Source: Octopus vulgaris
Lineage: Eukaryota
Assembly (NCBI GenBank): GCA_951406725.2
Contig: OX597837.1
Location: forward strand, 33,356,001 to 33,420,000
Length of the DNA: 64,000 nucleotides
Direction: 5' to 3'
The position numbers were made by a program, and so were the translations under genes. Below are positions 1-13,690 of the stretch, piece after piece (positions within the stretch are counted from its first letter, which is position 1; every line of letters starts with the position of its first letter). The notes beneath the pieces were generated by a model. It was not told the DNA's origin and ran no database searches. It saw only the letters and a list, made by a program, of their open reading frames with translations.

Positions 1-33
1 GTCCTTAATTCCTTACACTCTAAGCGAGTTGGG

Positions 34-284
34 CCAGGCCAGGCTGGACCTACATCCAGGTCGTGACTCCTGGGTGCCCTTCTCCAGACACTGTTTAGTC
101 ACCTGGATATTAGAGACTTCTGCATTTAAACCACCTGGAGATCTCATCTAATTGGAACCAGGCCCAGCTCGACCCACATCCAGGTCGTGACTCCTGGGTG
201 CCCTTCTCCAGACACTGTTTAGCCACCTGGATATTAGAGACTTCTGCATTTAAACCACCTGGAGAGTTCATCTAATTGGAACCA
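34..284. repeat. Tandem duplication, 2 copies of a 124-bp unit
   Basis: ACATCCAGGTCGTGACTCCTGGGTGCCCTTCTCCAGACAC...ATTGGAACCA occurs at 52 and 176 with only a few substitutions. Confidence 0.9.
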
Positions 285-1582
285 CTCTCAAACATATCCA
301 TCACTCAATTTTAGATTGCCATCATTTGGCCCCTTGCATACCTTTAGTCAAGCCCACAATTAACCTCATCCAGGCCAGATCTCCAGTCTGGAGATAGCTT
401 TCTCCCTCCATCGGTGACAGAGGCCCTGCAAGATCAAGTGTACTATCCCTCCACCTAATTTCATATACTATCCTCATTTTAATGTCGTTTCCAGGTCAAT
501 GTGGCACCATAATATGACCAACATTAGTTCAGCTAGAGGAGTAGTCTCATAGAATTTAAAGTCTTTGGGCTTTAGACACATCAGAACTACAATGAGAACT
601 GTCCCGAGACCAACCTTCAACTGTTTTCAAGCAAAATAATATCCCTCCCCACCTGGTCCTCCAAGCACAAACACCACTATGGCCAGACATGTTTTCAAGG
701 AAGATTGCAAGCACATGAGCACAGTTAGTAAATATATAAAAACAACATTTATTGTTTATACAGCATCTGTACATTTTTTTTTTTTTTGTTAAACATAACT
801 TGGAGAACTCATCCCACATCCCACCAAGAAACAGCTGGATGGAGATCTCCTGCCCGTTTCCATAATTACAAGAGAAAGGCTCTTGCAGTTTTTGGAGACA
901 TTGCCGGTGAGCTAAACAAGAGCTGGCAGTTGACCTGCTGCTATGGATTCCAAAGCATGGCTCACAAACATGCACACACATATACAAATGTACACAAACA
1001 TGCATGCACGCACACACACATGTAAAATCTATATACCACTTCAAACAAAATATATGAAGTTTGCTTTCTAGGTTCAGTCATGGTGTGTGGCACCTTAGGC
1101 AAGTGGCCTTCACTCGAGCAAGTCATCCGGAAGCAACAGACGTAGATCAACTGACCAGAGATAGAGGATGCCTCACCAAAGACCTCCTATAACTAACGCA
1201 GGACCAGGATGAACAACATGCTTGACCAAACGGTTGCGATGATGCTCACATGCACATCGCAACACACCCACGCATATACAACCCACAAACCCAGCAAAGA
1301 ACTGATCATTGTACGATGTACGAGGAACGGAAATGTCTAGAAAAACAAAAAAGAAACAAAAAAAAATTATCGTTTCAAGGCAATTAAAACTTTATACAAC
1401 TATTTCCTGCCTGCGTTAATAAAATTCTTCAAATTCCAATTTTTGCTTGTATGTTTGTTTAAATAAACCTTAAATGCTTCTGTGGAAATCAACTTTCAAA
1501 TTTAGTCAGTGATTCAGTTTCTGTATTTTTCTGTATCTTTTATCCTTTGTTTTAGACATTACATTGCAGCCATGCTGTAGCA

Positions 1583-1915
1583 CCATCATCATCATCATCG
1601 TTTAGCGTCCGCTTTCCATGCTGGCATGGGTTGGAAGCCAGAAGGCTGCACCAGGCCCAGTCTGATCTGGCAATGTTTCTACGGCTGGATGCCCTTCCTA
1701 ATGCCAACCACTCCATGAGTGTAGTGAGTGCTTTTTACGTGGCACCGGCACGGGGGCCAGGCGAGGCTGGCAATGGCCACAATCGGATGGTGCATTTTAC
1801 ATGCCACCGGCACAGAAGCCAGTCAGGGTGGCACTGGCAACAGCCACTTTCGGATGGTTCTCTTATGTGCCACCAGCACTGGTGTCACAGCTACAATTTC
1901 CATTCATGCTGATCG
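1583..1915 (-). mobile_element. (GAT)n-tailed dispersed retroposon (family D). Other copies at about 5140-5588(+), 6167-6490(-), 10388-10630(-), 10668-10960(+), 11505-12120(-), 17680-17918(+), 22598-23097(+), 27677-28110(-), 29360-29600(-), 52097-52497(+), 52607-53093(-), 59181-59455(-), 61715-62120(+)
   Basis: Copies share the blocks GGCGTTAGGAAGGGCATCCAGC and CCAACCCATGCYAGCATGGAAA..GGACGTTAAACGATGATGATG, with variable 5' truncation and internal ~60-bp tandem units. Confidence 0.85.
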
Positions 1916-2076
1916 ATTTTAACTAGAAGAATTTTAGAATTGGCCCCAGGACTTTCTTTAAGACTGGTGCTAATTCTTATAATTCTCTTTTATTGAGCCG
2001 CTAAGTTACAGGGATGTAAATACACTAAAACTGGCTGGCAAGCATTGCTGCAGAGAAAAACACACACAAACATACA

Positions 2077-2122
<46 letters not shown>

Positions 2123-2123
<1 letters not shown>

Positions 2124-2349
2124 TTGTTTCAGTCAGCTGACTGCGGCCATGCTAGAGCACCACCTTTAGTCAAACAAATCAACCCCAGGACTTATTCTTT
2201 GTAAGCCAAGTACTTATCCTATCGCTCTCTTTTGCCGAACTGCTAAGTTACGGGGACGTAAAGGCACTACCATCAGTTGTCAAGCAATGGTGGGGGGGGG
2301 ACAAACACAGACACAAACAGAATTATCCAACCAGAGAGACCAAACCACA

Positions 2350-2401
<52 letters not shown>

Positions 2402-2558
2402 ACGACAGGCTTCTTTCAGTTGCCGTCAACCAAATCCACTCACAAGGCTTTGGTCAGCCTGAGGCTATAGTAGAAGATACTTGCCCAAGGTGCGCATGCA
2501 GTGAGACTGAACCCAGAACCATGTGATTGGTAAGCAAGCTACTTACCACACACCCACT

Positions 2559-2560
<2 letters not shown>
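2123..2560 (-). mobile_element. tRNA-derived SINE family A (CORE-like) with internal microsatellite
   Basis: Reverse complement of the full-length copies at 19652-20042 and 23307-23724. Confidence 0.85.
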
Positions 2561-2604
<44 letters not shown>

Positions 2605-3014
2605 TATATGCACGATGGACTTCTTTCAATTCCTGACTTCCAAATCCACTCACAAAGCTTTGGTCGGCCTGAGTCTATAGAAGACACTTGTGACAAGTGC
2701 CATGCGTTGAGACTGAACCCAGAACCATGGGGGTCAGAAAGCAAGCTTCTCCCCACAGAGCTACACCTGTGCCTATGTTGACAATACTTTCTTATCTCTT
2801 CTCTGTGAAATAGTTCAAGAGGAGAATTATCCAACCAGAGAGACCAAACCAAAACTGTTAAATAGAGGTAGATGCAGTTGTGCGGTTAAGAAGCTCACTT
2901 TGGGACCATGTGGTTTCAGGTTCAATCCCATTGCAGAACACATTGAGCAAGAGTTTTCTGCAAAAGACACAGGCTGACTAATGCCTTGTCTGAGTGAATT
3001 TCAGGAGATGCAAA

Positions 3015-3410
3015 CTGTGTGTGTGCACGTGAAAGTGCATGTGTGTGTTCACTACGTGCATGTGCATGTAAATGTGTAAGTGCATGTAACTGCGTGTAAG
3101 TGCTTGTGCATAAGTGTGTGCATAAGTGCATGTAAATGTGTAAGTGCATGTAAGTGCTTGTGCATAAGTGCATGTGTGTGCATGTGTGCAAGTACGTGTG
3201 CAAGTGCGTAAGTGCATGTGCGTGTGTGTGTGTGTGTGTGTGTATAAGTGTGTCTGTGTAAGTGCATGTGCATGTGTGTGTAAGTGCATATATGTGTGTG
3301 TAAGTGCATATGTGTGTGTAAGTGCATATGTGTGTGTGTAAGTGCATATGTGTGTGTGTAAGTGCATATGTGTGTGTGTAAGTGCATGTGTGTGTGTGTG
3401 TAAATGCATG
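3015..3410. repeat. Expanded (GT)n/GTAAGTGCAT minisatellite inside a SINE A copy (head ~2867-3015, tail ~3410-3600)
   Basis: Repeated GTGTGTAAGTGCAT(AT) units lie between SINE head and tail. Confidence 0.8.
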
Positions 3411-3978
3411 TCCTCCTCCCATTGTTTAACTGCCGATGGTTGGTTTACATCGCCATAACTTAGTTCATCAGTCTCTTTTGCTGAATCACTAAGTCCCAGA
3501 GTTTAAAAAGAATACATAGCAAGACCGATTCCGACTAAAACCCTTCAAAGCAGTGCTCCAGCATGACCAGAGCCCAATGACTGAAACAAGTAAATGATAA
3601 AAGCGGCAAAACATGATGCTGCAGCTTGTCTTGGAGGAGGACAGTAACTGCAAGAGTCAGACCACGATGACCCACCCAAACGATGCCAGCGTAGAAAGAA
3701 AGAAGTGAAATGCCAAGAGTACAAGACAAACATGCATAGCAAAGAGAGAGAGACAGCAAGACTAACAGATTTTTCAGCTGTTGTGTGATATCAGGTGACA
3801 AGAACAGAAAAAAAAAGAAATTAATGTCAAGAATGACAGAGGTAGAAAGAGACAGCCAAAAATCATAAATTCCATGCTGTCCCAGGTTGCAGTGAGCAAC
3901 AGGATGGGCATACATATTATCTCATAAAGCATATGCTTGCACTTTGAGTAGGTCTATATGTTATAACTGGTCTCTATT

Positions 3979-4019
<41 letters not shown>

Positions 4020-5616
4020 AACAGATTTTTCAGCTGTTGTGTGAGACTCCACAGCTCTGGAGGAAACAGAAAATAATGGTGATGTCAAAATGTTGAGGAG
4101 ACCAAGGTTGTGGAGCCGAAACAAAAAGCTGACTGACTCCTCTACTACTGGCAACCATCTTTCACTGACTCTTCTTTGATAAGTGATTGTGGTCTACATA
4201 TCTCATATGCATATGCTTTTACTTTGAGTAGGCCTATATGTTATAACTGGTTTCTATTAAAGAATAAAGACATTGTGAGTCAGAGTCAGTATGTTTTACC
4301 GACTGACTCGCAGCTACCATAGGATTGTTTCCAACTCTGACTCCCTGACTCCGAGACTCCACAGCTCTGGAGGAGACAGAAAATAATGGTGATGTTCAAA
4401 AATATTCTTCTCACTAATTTTCTTTCAATATTGTCTTTGATAAGATGGTGAGCTGCCAAAATTGTCAGCACAACTGGGAAAATGCTAAGTGATATTTCTT
4501 CTGACATCAGGTTCCGAGTTTGAACAAGGCCTTATGGGGTTTTGCCCTTCATCATTTCAAGGGTCGATAAAATAAGTACCATTTGAACACCGGGGTCAAT
4601 GTAAACACCTTAAACCCCACCTCCCTTCCCAAAATAACTGGCCTTGTGCTAACTTTTAAAATCAACACTGTCTTTGATAACAAAACTGATTTACAAAATG
4701 AATTTTTTTTTAGATAAATACAATTTTAAAAAAAAGTTTCCTACTCACATGTTTTTTTGTGTGTTTTATTCTCTTCCTTTTTACCATATTCTGGAGTTTT
4801 CCATTATGTAAACACTCACTGCATATATTGTATAAGTCATGTGAAACGCCATAATAATTGATTGAAGCTTGTTAAACCTTTATAGAAAGCACAGCGTTGA
4901 TCAGAAGGGGGCTTTATATTTCCATTCCCTAAAGAAAAGAAAAAAAGGACAAATTAGTCAATCAATGGAAGAATTAAAATAAGCCTCCCGCCTCTACCCC
5001 CAACATTTTATATGCAGTTGTCTTTTGCTTGGCTCTGGAGATTGGTTCCATTAGTTACCATGGAAACTAAAATCATGTAAAGTGAGCAAGATATGGGGTT
5101 TTGTCATATTAATAAAAAAAAAGAAACAGTTTATGTAAAAAGCACTCTTCGGACATTGGACAATATGTCGTGCTTGAGAAGACCCACCAAGCCAAATGAA
5201 ATCGTAGTCACAGCCGATGCTAGTGTTGTGTAATTGGTACCCATAATGGTGGCACCTAAAAAACACCCTTCGAATCTTGGGCCTCACAGAGGCAATAGGT
5301 GCTCAATATCTTTGGCAATGTATCATACTTGAGAAGACCTGTCAAGCCAAGTGAGGTTGGAATCCTGGCCGATGCCAGTGTTACATAACTGGCACCCATT
5401 GTTGGTGACACGTAAAAAGCACCTGCTGCACTCTTGGAGTGATTGGCGTTAGGAAGGGCATCCAGCCATTGAAATCATGCTAAATCAGACTGGAACCTGG
5501 TGCAACTCCCCAGCTTACCAATTTTCAGTCAAATCATCCGTCCATCCAACCCATGCCAGCATGGAAAACAGACAAATGATGATGATGATAAATATCTATA
5601 GAAATGAGGATAATAA

Positions 5617-5650
<34 letters not shown>

Positions 5651-6489
5651 AAATTAACAGTGACAGAAACAGTATCAATACTGAAAGATAATATTTATCT
5701 CCCACTTAAAAATGGAAGTTGTGTTAGAACACAAAATACTGCATTATTTGCCACGAGAGAACCTCTCAAATGGACTTTTTGGTGCATATAAGCAATCATG
5801 AATATATTCTTTTCTATTCTAGGCACAAGGCCCAAATTTTTGGGGAGGAGACCAGTTGATTAGGTCAACCCCAGTGCACAACTGGTACTTAATTTACCAA
5901 CCCTGAAAGGATGAAAGGCAAAGTCGACCTTGGCAGAATTTGAACTCAGAACGTAAAGACAGACGAAATACCACTAAGCATTTCGCCCAGCGTGCTAACG
6001 TTTCTGCCAGCTTGCTGCCTTCACTCATGAATATTTTGCCAGCAGGAGATAATCATCCATCACCACAAGGACTACCAGATCACATTATTTCAGCCTTCCT
6101 TGGCCTTGTCAATGGAAGACACCCAAGGATAGAGAAAGCAGCAATTCCCCTGTCAGCAATATATATTATCATCATCATTTAACGTCCATTGTCCAATGCT
6201 GGCATGGGTTGGACAGTTTGACCAGAATTGGCAAGCTGCACCAGACTCCAGTTTGATTTGGCTTGGTTTCTACAGCTGGATGCCCTTCTTAACGCCAACC
6301 ATTGTACAGAATGCACCGGGTGCTTTTCACTGCATCGGCACTTATGAGATGCCACACAGGCACATTTACATGGTTCCGCATGGGAGCTTTCAAGTGGCAC
6401 TCCACAGGCACTTTTACGTGACACCGCTACTAGTGCTTCACACCAGCAGCAGGATTGGGCTTAACACTTCTGCTGCGGGGTACAGGTCT

Positions 6490-6615
6490 TCTCAAGTATG
6501 GCCAGGTGTCACAGTCCTTGGTCATCTCAACCGAAAAGTTCAGCTTCCTGGGGTCATTCTTCAGTACTTCCTCCCATGACTTCCTGGGTTTCCCACTTCC
6601 ATGTGTTCCAGCCAC
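6490..6615 (-). mobile_element. RTE-like LINE 3' ORF fragment
   Basis: Translation GTHGSGKPRKSWEEVLKNDPRKLNFSVEMTKDCDTW resembles the RTE C-terminal GRPRKTW..V..D.....M..DR..W pattern. Confidence 0.7.
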
Positions 6616-6847
6616 ACTATTGTAACATCAGGTTTTACCTTCTGCTCAAAATCAGAGCTTTTTCCATCGTTTCCATAATGTTACATACAATGCATGATGC
6701 ATATGTAACTGAAGATCCAACAATTTCCCCTGCATGGATTTTTGTCTTCATTTCTTTTACTGTTCTAACAATTATTCCATTTATACCAAACTGTTTTGTA
6801 GTTTTTGTTAAGCCCTCCCCATTTTGGAAGTCGATTTAATAAATTAA

Positions 6848-7051
6848 CCCTTTAGTGTTTAAACCGGCCATATCCGGCCAAAATATTCTACCTATTTTAT
6901 GTTCAGACTAGTCAGATATGGTCATTCATAGCTACCTTATTGTGTCATTTTAAGAATAAACAATTACATCATTGAAATCTCAAAGCCATGAAATGATGCA
7001 AGATTAATTTTTACATGGTGTGAATACATGAATAATATGAATGCTAAAGGG
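6848..7051. mobile_element. TTAA-flanked MITE (piggyBac-type ends). Other copies at 15663-15881, 24863-25301 (nested) and 59753-59961
   Basis: TTAA|CCCTTTAG ... CTAAAGGG|TTAA termini and a shared internal CCGGCCATATCCGGCCAAAAT. Confidence 0.85.
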
Positions 7052-7579
7052 TTAATCTTTAATTACAGACAAATTAACTTCTGTAATATTTGACACTATT
7101 ATTTTATCCTGAAAATAAATTGTTAAAATATATGAAGAAGAAAAAATATTCTACCTTAGGTGTCAGTCTGGAATGCAAGCTAGCTAAGTGTCAACAAGTA
7201 GAACAAAAAGAAAAGCCAAACTCAAAGACTGAAACAAGAAAAAAAAATAAACCCAACAATACAAAGAAGCGTTTTTGTATTTGTGAAAGAAACCATGCAA
7301 AATAAATCAAACATCATGTCAAAGTGAAACCAGACACAAAAATCTGTGTAAAGAGAGGCATAGCTGTACTTTTATTTACATTGTTCACAACCAACTACAT
7401 TTCTATATAGAAATCAGTTTTGCTTATTTAATTGCCTTATTCTTTCAAGTCTTTTCTGTTGTAGCGGGAATGTTCTAGATCAGGTGTCGCCAATCACCAG
7501 ACCGTGGATCAATCGGTACTGGGGTAACAAAAAAGAATAGATTTTAAAATAATATAATGGAACCTTGAAAAAAAATCAC

Positions 7580-8280
7580 AAATCCCTTCAGGTAAATAGC
7601 CCCCTGCTTAATGTGTAGAAAAGGCGTAGGTAGAAAATCCGTTAGATGTACCTGATTCAAGCTATGGACACACAAGTGGTGCAGCAATATCAGAGTAAGG
7701 TTAACAGGGAAAATAGTCTGTGTGTATGTGTGTGGCAGGTGCAGAGATACAATAAACAAAAAATGTACAGAAAATAGGCTCCATCCAATGCCATGGGGGA
7801 TACCTAGAAGTAGTTGATAGCTTCAATTACCTAGGTGACCAAGTCAGCAGCAGAGGTGGATCATCCAAGAGTGTAGCTGCTAGAATAAGAATAGGCTGGG
7901 CAAAGTTCAGAGAGTTCCTACTTCTGTTAGTAACTAAGGGCCTCTCCCTCAGAGTGAAAGGCAAGATGCCTATGTGTGAACATCCATGCTACGTGATGTG
8001 AGACACACGCTGTGACCACTGAGGACATGTGTAGACTTGAAAGAAATGAAGCTAGTTTGCTTTGGTGGATGTGCAGCGTTGGTGTGCATGGACAACAAAG
8101 CAGGTCTTGAGAGATAAGCTAGGCATAAGAGGCATCAGATGTGGTGTGCAAGGGAGGTGAATGTGCTGATATGGTCAGGTGATGCATATGGACAAGGACA
8201 TGTGTGTAAAGAAGTGCCAATATCTAATTGTGGAAGGAACCTGTGGAAGAGGTAGACCCAGGAAGACATGAGATGAGGAC
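7580..8280 (+). mobile_element. Decayed RTE-clade LINE, reverse transcriptase C-terminal region
   Basis: Hand translation gives LEVVDSFNYLGDQVSSRGGSSKSVAARIRIGWAKFREF..KGLSLRVKGK, RLERNEASLLWWMC and CVKKCQYLIVEGTCGRGRPRKT, with stops and frameshifts. Confidence 0.85.
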
Positions 8281-9614
8281 ACACACACACACACACATTT
8301 GGATGGTTAGTGGTTATTTGGAGTTTGCCTTTTGACAGGTCTTGTATTTCATCCTCCACCCCAACCCCCATTTACAAAGGGATCTCAACTGTGTTGTTAC
8401 TTGAGACACCAACAACCTAGCTATGAACCAGGGTTTCTTGGTTCACACAGTTACCATCAGCCGGTCACTAACTATCAGACCTTTGGCCTGGTACATCCTT
8501 TTGACTCGGCTTGCAACTAACTTCTGGGGTGGATCAACAAATTGCCGAAAGTCTGGATGACATCTACATCATTGATGTATGTATTATACATGGGGTAGAA
8601 AGGGCTCCTTAGCTGTAGTGAAGGCAATCTATCTAGGGAGATAACCTTACAATAAATCACTCGGTCCGTAGCTTAGAAATACTGGGTTGACGTCCAGCGG
8701 GAACAGCTTTGTTTCATGGAGGAGGAAAGATCTTCTTTAGTACTTGGTTGTACAATGCTTTCCAATGTGTGTAGTAGTGGCGCGCGCACACATTATTAGC
8801 CATTTGAAAAGACTATGAGAGTCTCGACCACGGTCGAACAATGATGATGATGATGATTATACTTCCCTCGCAGACAGTCCCTGACCAACAACAGGGTTGA
8901 ACCTGGAATCATGTGTTCATGAAGCAAACTGCTTACCACACAGCCATACCTGCAAATCACATCATATCTTTGAAACAAAAAACAAAAAAAAAAAAAAACA
9001 AGAAAGTTTGGCTGATGTGGTTTAGGATAAGTTATTTCTGAGGGAAAAAAAAATGGGATGGTCATGGCTTGATTGTCTTTGATCATAAGTGCCGGGTGGA
9101 TCAAGTTCTACTTGAAACTCAACAACAACAACAGATCTAGAGAGTGACAAAGTTGTTTACAGTTTTCATTCCATTCCCAGAAAATTTCTCATTTACCAAG
9201 ACTTGATACCACCACTACCACCACCACCACCACTACTACCACCACCATTCCTACTTGTTCTTAAACATTGCCAGAAACAATCTTATATGAAAAAAAAATA
9301 TATTATCACTATCATCGTCATAATCAAGTCAGCATAAACCATATTTCTATGCCACACAAAAATGCAACAGAGAGAGAGAGAGAGAGAGAGAGAGTGAGGA
9401 TGTGTGCATGCATGTGTATGTGAGTGAGTGAGTGAGAGAGTGTGTACCAACAGGAAGGTTTCTGGCATAAATGAAATTCTTGGAAAAGGTAAGAGTATTG
9501 ACTCTTCATGCCAGAAGATTCTCATGTTTCAAGGACTTCCTCTGTGTGTGTGTGTGTGTATCCACGTTTGTATATGTATTGAAGCATGTGTTAAATATGC
9601 ACATATGCATTTGT

Positions 9615-10010
9615 GTGTGTGCGTGTGCACGCGTGTGCACGAGTGTGTGTGTGTGCGTGTGTACGTGTGTGTGTGTGTGTGTACGAGTGCGTGTGTGTGT
9701 ACGAGTGCGTGTGTGTGTACGAGTGCGTGTGTGTGTACGAGTGCGTGTGTGTGTACGAGTGCGTGTGTGTGTACGAGTGCGTGCGTGTGTACGAGTGTGT
9801 ACGTGTGTACGAGTGTGTGCATGTGTACGAGTGTGTGCGTGTGTACGAGTGTGTGCGTGTGTACGAGTGTGTGTGTGCATGTGTACTAGTGTGTGTGCGT
9901 GTGCACGAGTGTGTGTGTGTACAAGTGTGTGTGTGTACAAGTGTGTGTGTATACGAGTACGTGTGCGAGTACGATGTATAATGCATGTGTATGTGTGTGT
10001 GTGTGTGTGT
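9615..10010. repeat. 18-bp minisatellite (GTGTGTGTACGAGTGCGT) derived from (GT)n
   Basis: Visible tandem units; source of the CVCTSA-repeat pseudo-ORFs. Confidence 0.9.
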
Positions 10011-10018
10011 GACAGGGA

Positions 10019-10064
<46 letters not shown>

Positions 10065-11528
10065 TTGTGGTTGGCATTTGAAGGGAGGGGGGGAAGGTGC
10101 TGCCAAACCTACAACATCAACCTCTCTCTCTCCTTGATATTGTGATTTCACTTTACTTTCCACTATTTTTTACTGGTTTCAGTCATTTGACTTTGGCCAT
10201 GCTGGGGCACCACCTTGAAGAATTTTAGTCTAACAAATCATCCTCAGTACTTTTTTTTTCTCTTAGCCTGGTACTTCTTCTATCAGTCTCTTTTGCTGAA
10301 CTGCTACATTGCGGGAACATAAACACACCAGCACCAATTGTCAAGCAGTGGTGTTGGGACACACACAAAGATATATATATATATATAATCATTTAACGTC
10401 CATTTTCCATGCTGGCATGGGTTAGATGTGTTGCCTGAAAGCTGATAAGCTGGGGAGCTGCACCAGGTTCCAATCTGATTTGGCAAGGTTTCTACGGCTG
10501 GCAGCCCTTCCAAGTGCCAACCACTCTGTGAGTGTATTGGGTGTTTTTTACGTGCTATCGGCACAGAGGTGTCATTGACCTGACACTGACACTGGCCATA
10601 ACTAGTCTCACTTGACTTGGCAGGTCTACACAAGCACAATATATTGCCATATATATAATATATATCAAGCGTGGCCGTTGCCAGTGCCGCCGGACTGGCT
10701 CCTGTGCAGCTGACACGTAAAAAGCACCATTTGAGCATGGCCAATGCCAGTAACGCCTGACTGGCAATCATGCTGGTGGCACGTTAAAAGCACCCACTAC
10801 ACTCTTGGGGTGGTTGGCATTAGGAAGGGCATCCAGCTGTAGAAACTTTGCCAGATCAGATTGGAGCCTGGTGCAGCCTTCTGGCTTGCCAGCCCTCAGT
10901 AAAACCTTCCAGCCCATGCCAGCGTGGAAAGTGGATGCTAAATGATGACGATGATAATGATATATAAATATATGGGTTTCTTTCCGTTTCCATCTACCAA
11001 ATCTACTCACAAGACCTTGATAAACCCAAGGGTATAGCAGAAGACATTTGCCTAAAGTACCACACAATGGGACTGAACCCAGAACCATGTGGTTTGGAAG
11101 CAAGCTATCTTACCACATAGCTATGCCAGCACCTATCTCCCAGATAGTTATTTTCCTTTAAATGGGAGAAGAAAAAAAAGACATTTATGGAGTAGGGGTA
11201 AAAGGTTTCAGATAAGAATAACATTTCCACTTACACACCCTGTGGCCATTAAAACTGCTGGAAATGGTAGTCAACTTTCCCTCAAATCACAGCCAACTGT
11301 CTTTAACAAAACAGAAGTAATGTGGCCCCAAATACACTAAACCTGAAGAAAAGACAGGATGGTCGTGGGCACAAGGTCTGATTACTTAGGGCTTTGGTTC
11401 TCAACCATTTTCTACCTACAGACCCCTTTAATTATTTTAATCTACTGGACCTTCATAGTTATTTGATGTATATGAAAAAAAAATTCCTACTTTTATCAAC
11501 ACTCATCAATATTTAATGTCCATTCTCC

Positions 11529-11936
11529 AGATCTTTTCAGTTTGAACGGCAGTTTTTTCTAGCGGTGTCATATGAAATTGTCACCCATAATTATGACCCT
11601 AGTATCGATCTATTGCATTTCAATCCGTTTTAGGGTTAGGGGGGAAGGGTATCTTTTTTTCTTCAGAAATGTAAATAAACCCAATCTGTTTCTTAAACGA
11701 GGGACATATTCATACGGCACAGAATGTTTTCACCTCAACAGACGTCATTGATTGGTTGAAATTGCAGAAATTGAAGGAAAAAAAAACAACAAATATCTTA
11801 CAAACTATAGAACTTTCTCAATAAAGCCAAGAGAAAAAGATGTTTTATAAACACATTCTACCAGTATACGAAGTTTCAAAGTGTTCAGTTACGTGGAAAT
11901 TATTTTTAAAAACTGCCGTTCAAATCGAAAAGATCC
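11529..11936. mobile_element. Non-autonomous DNA transposon (408 bp) with 8-bp TSD, inserted in a family D retroposon
   Basis: TIRs AGATCTTTTCAGTTTGAACGGCAGTTTT / AAAACTGCCGTTCAAATCGAAAAGATCC; TSD CATTCTCC at 11521-11528 and 11937-11944. Confidence 0.9.
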
Positions 11937-13266
11937 CATTCTCCATGCTGGCATGGGTTGGACTGCTTTCTAGGAGATGACAAGGTGAGGGACCATACCA
12001 GGTTCCGTTGTCTACCTTGGGTTGGTTTCTAAAGCTGGATGCTCTTTCAAGTGCCAACCACTTTACAGAGTGTACTGGGTGCTTTTTACGTGACACCAGC
12101 ACCCACACCAATGCCATTTGTGTAGAACTTCGGTTTTCGGATTTCAATTCTGTTATGGTGGGCAGCGCACCAAATAAATATGAAGAATCCTTTTATTCAA
12201 TTATTTGTTTAGTCATCTGACTGCGGTCATGCTGGAGCATTGCCTTTAGTTGTAAAAATCAAATCCAGGATTTAATCTTCATAAGCCCAGTACTTATTCT
12301 ATCGGTCTCTTTAGCCAAACCGCTAGGTTGCAGGGATGTAAACACACCAACATTGGTTGTCAAGCGATAGTGAGAGGACAGACACACACAAACATATGTA
12401 TATATGATGAGCTTCTTTCAGTTTCTGTCTATCAAATCCACTCACAAGGCTTTGGTCGGCCCAAGACTATAGTAGAAGACACTCGCCCAAGGTGCCATGC
12501 AGAGGGACTGAACCTGGAACCATGTGGCTGGGAAGCAAGCTTCTTACCAAACAGCTTAATTGTAGAAAAATATTGTGGAAATATATATGTATAGGTGCAG
12601 GTGTGGCTGTGTGGTAAGCAGCTTGCTTACCAACCACATGGTCCTGGGTTCAATCCCATTGCATGGCACCTTGGGCAAGTGTCTTCTGCTGTAGCCTCAG
12701 GCCAACCAAAGCCTTGTGAGTGGACTTGGTAGATGGAAACTGAAAGAAGCCCATCGTGTGTGCGTGTGTATATAATGTGTATGTTTGTGTGTCTGTCCCT
12801 TCCCCCCAACCATCGCTTGACAACCGATGCTGGTGCGTTTAATATATTGTGATTGAAGAGAGAGAATCTAGTGGTTCAGCAAAAGTGACCAATAGAACAA
12901 GTACTAGGCTTACATAGAATACATCCTGGGGTCGATTTGTTTGACTAAAAGCAGTGCTCCAGCATGGCCACAGTCGAATGACTGAAACAAAAGAATATAT
13001 ATATATATATATATATAATGTGCACACACACACACGCATCCACATTGTGCATGTATGTCCTACCATATGTATTTGTGTTGAAGTTGCATCCATGATTTTG
13101 CGTTAAATCTTAGTGCAAACTTGTTCCCCTTTCAGTTGTAGCTTCGCCCTGTCTACCTTCTTGCACTCCAGTTTTTCCAGTTCCAACTAGATACAGAACA
13201 ACACAACTCCTTTTTGAGTAAACAGGATACATAGACACACACAACACACGTCTTTGTGTGTATATA

Positions 13267-13310
<44 letters not shown>

Positions 13311-13466
13311 CATGCACATGCACATATATAGACACACATTAAAACAATATACATGCACACATATATACAAACACAAATATATTTATATAAAGCATTTTTT
13401 TCACTGCATGTATTTCATTTGATATAAACAGCTTAGGGTGGTGCGTTTATTGACTAACTTGATTGC

Positions 13467-13690
13467 GAGAGAGAGAGAGAGACACAGACAGAGACAGACA
13501 GACACAGAGAGACACAGACAGAGAGAGAGAGAGAGACAGAGAGAGAGACAGAGAGAGAGATAGAGAGAGAGACAGACAGACATACACAGAAAGTGAGACA
13601 GAGAGACAGACAGAGACAGAGACAGAGAGAGAGAGACAGAGAGAGAGAGAGAGACAGAGAGAGAGAGAGAGACAGAGAGACAGAGAGAGA
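13467..13690. repeat. (GA)n/(GACA)n compound microsatellite
   Basis: Seen directly. Confidence 0.95.

Noticed and set aside
556-1044. 162-aa minus-strand ORF
   Set aside because: Spans a microsatellite and a poly-T run, with no recognisable domain
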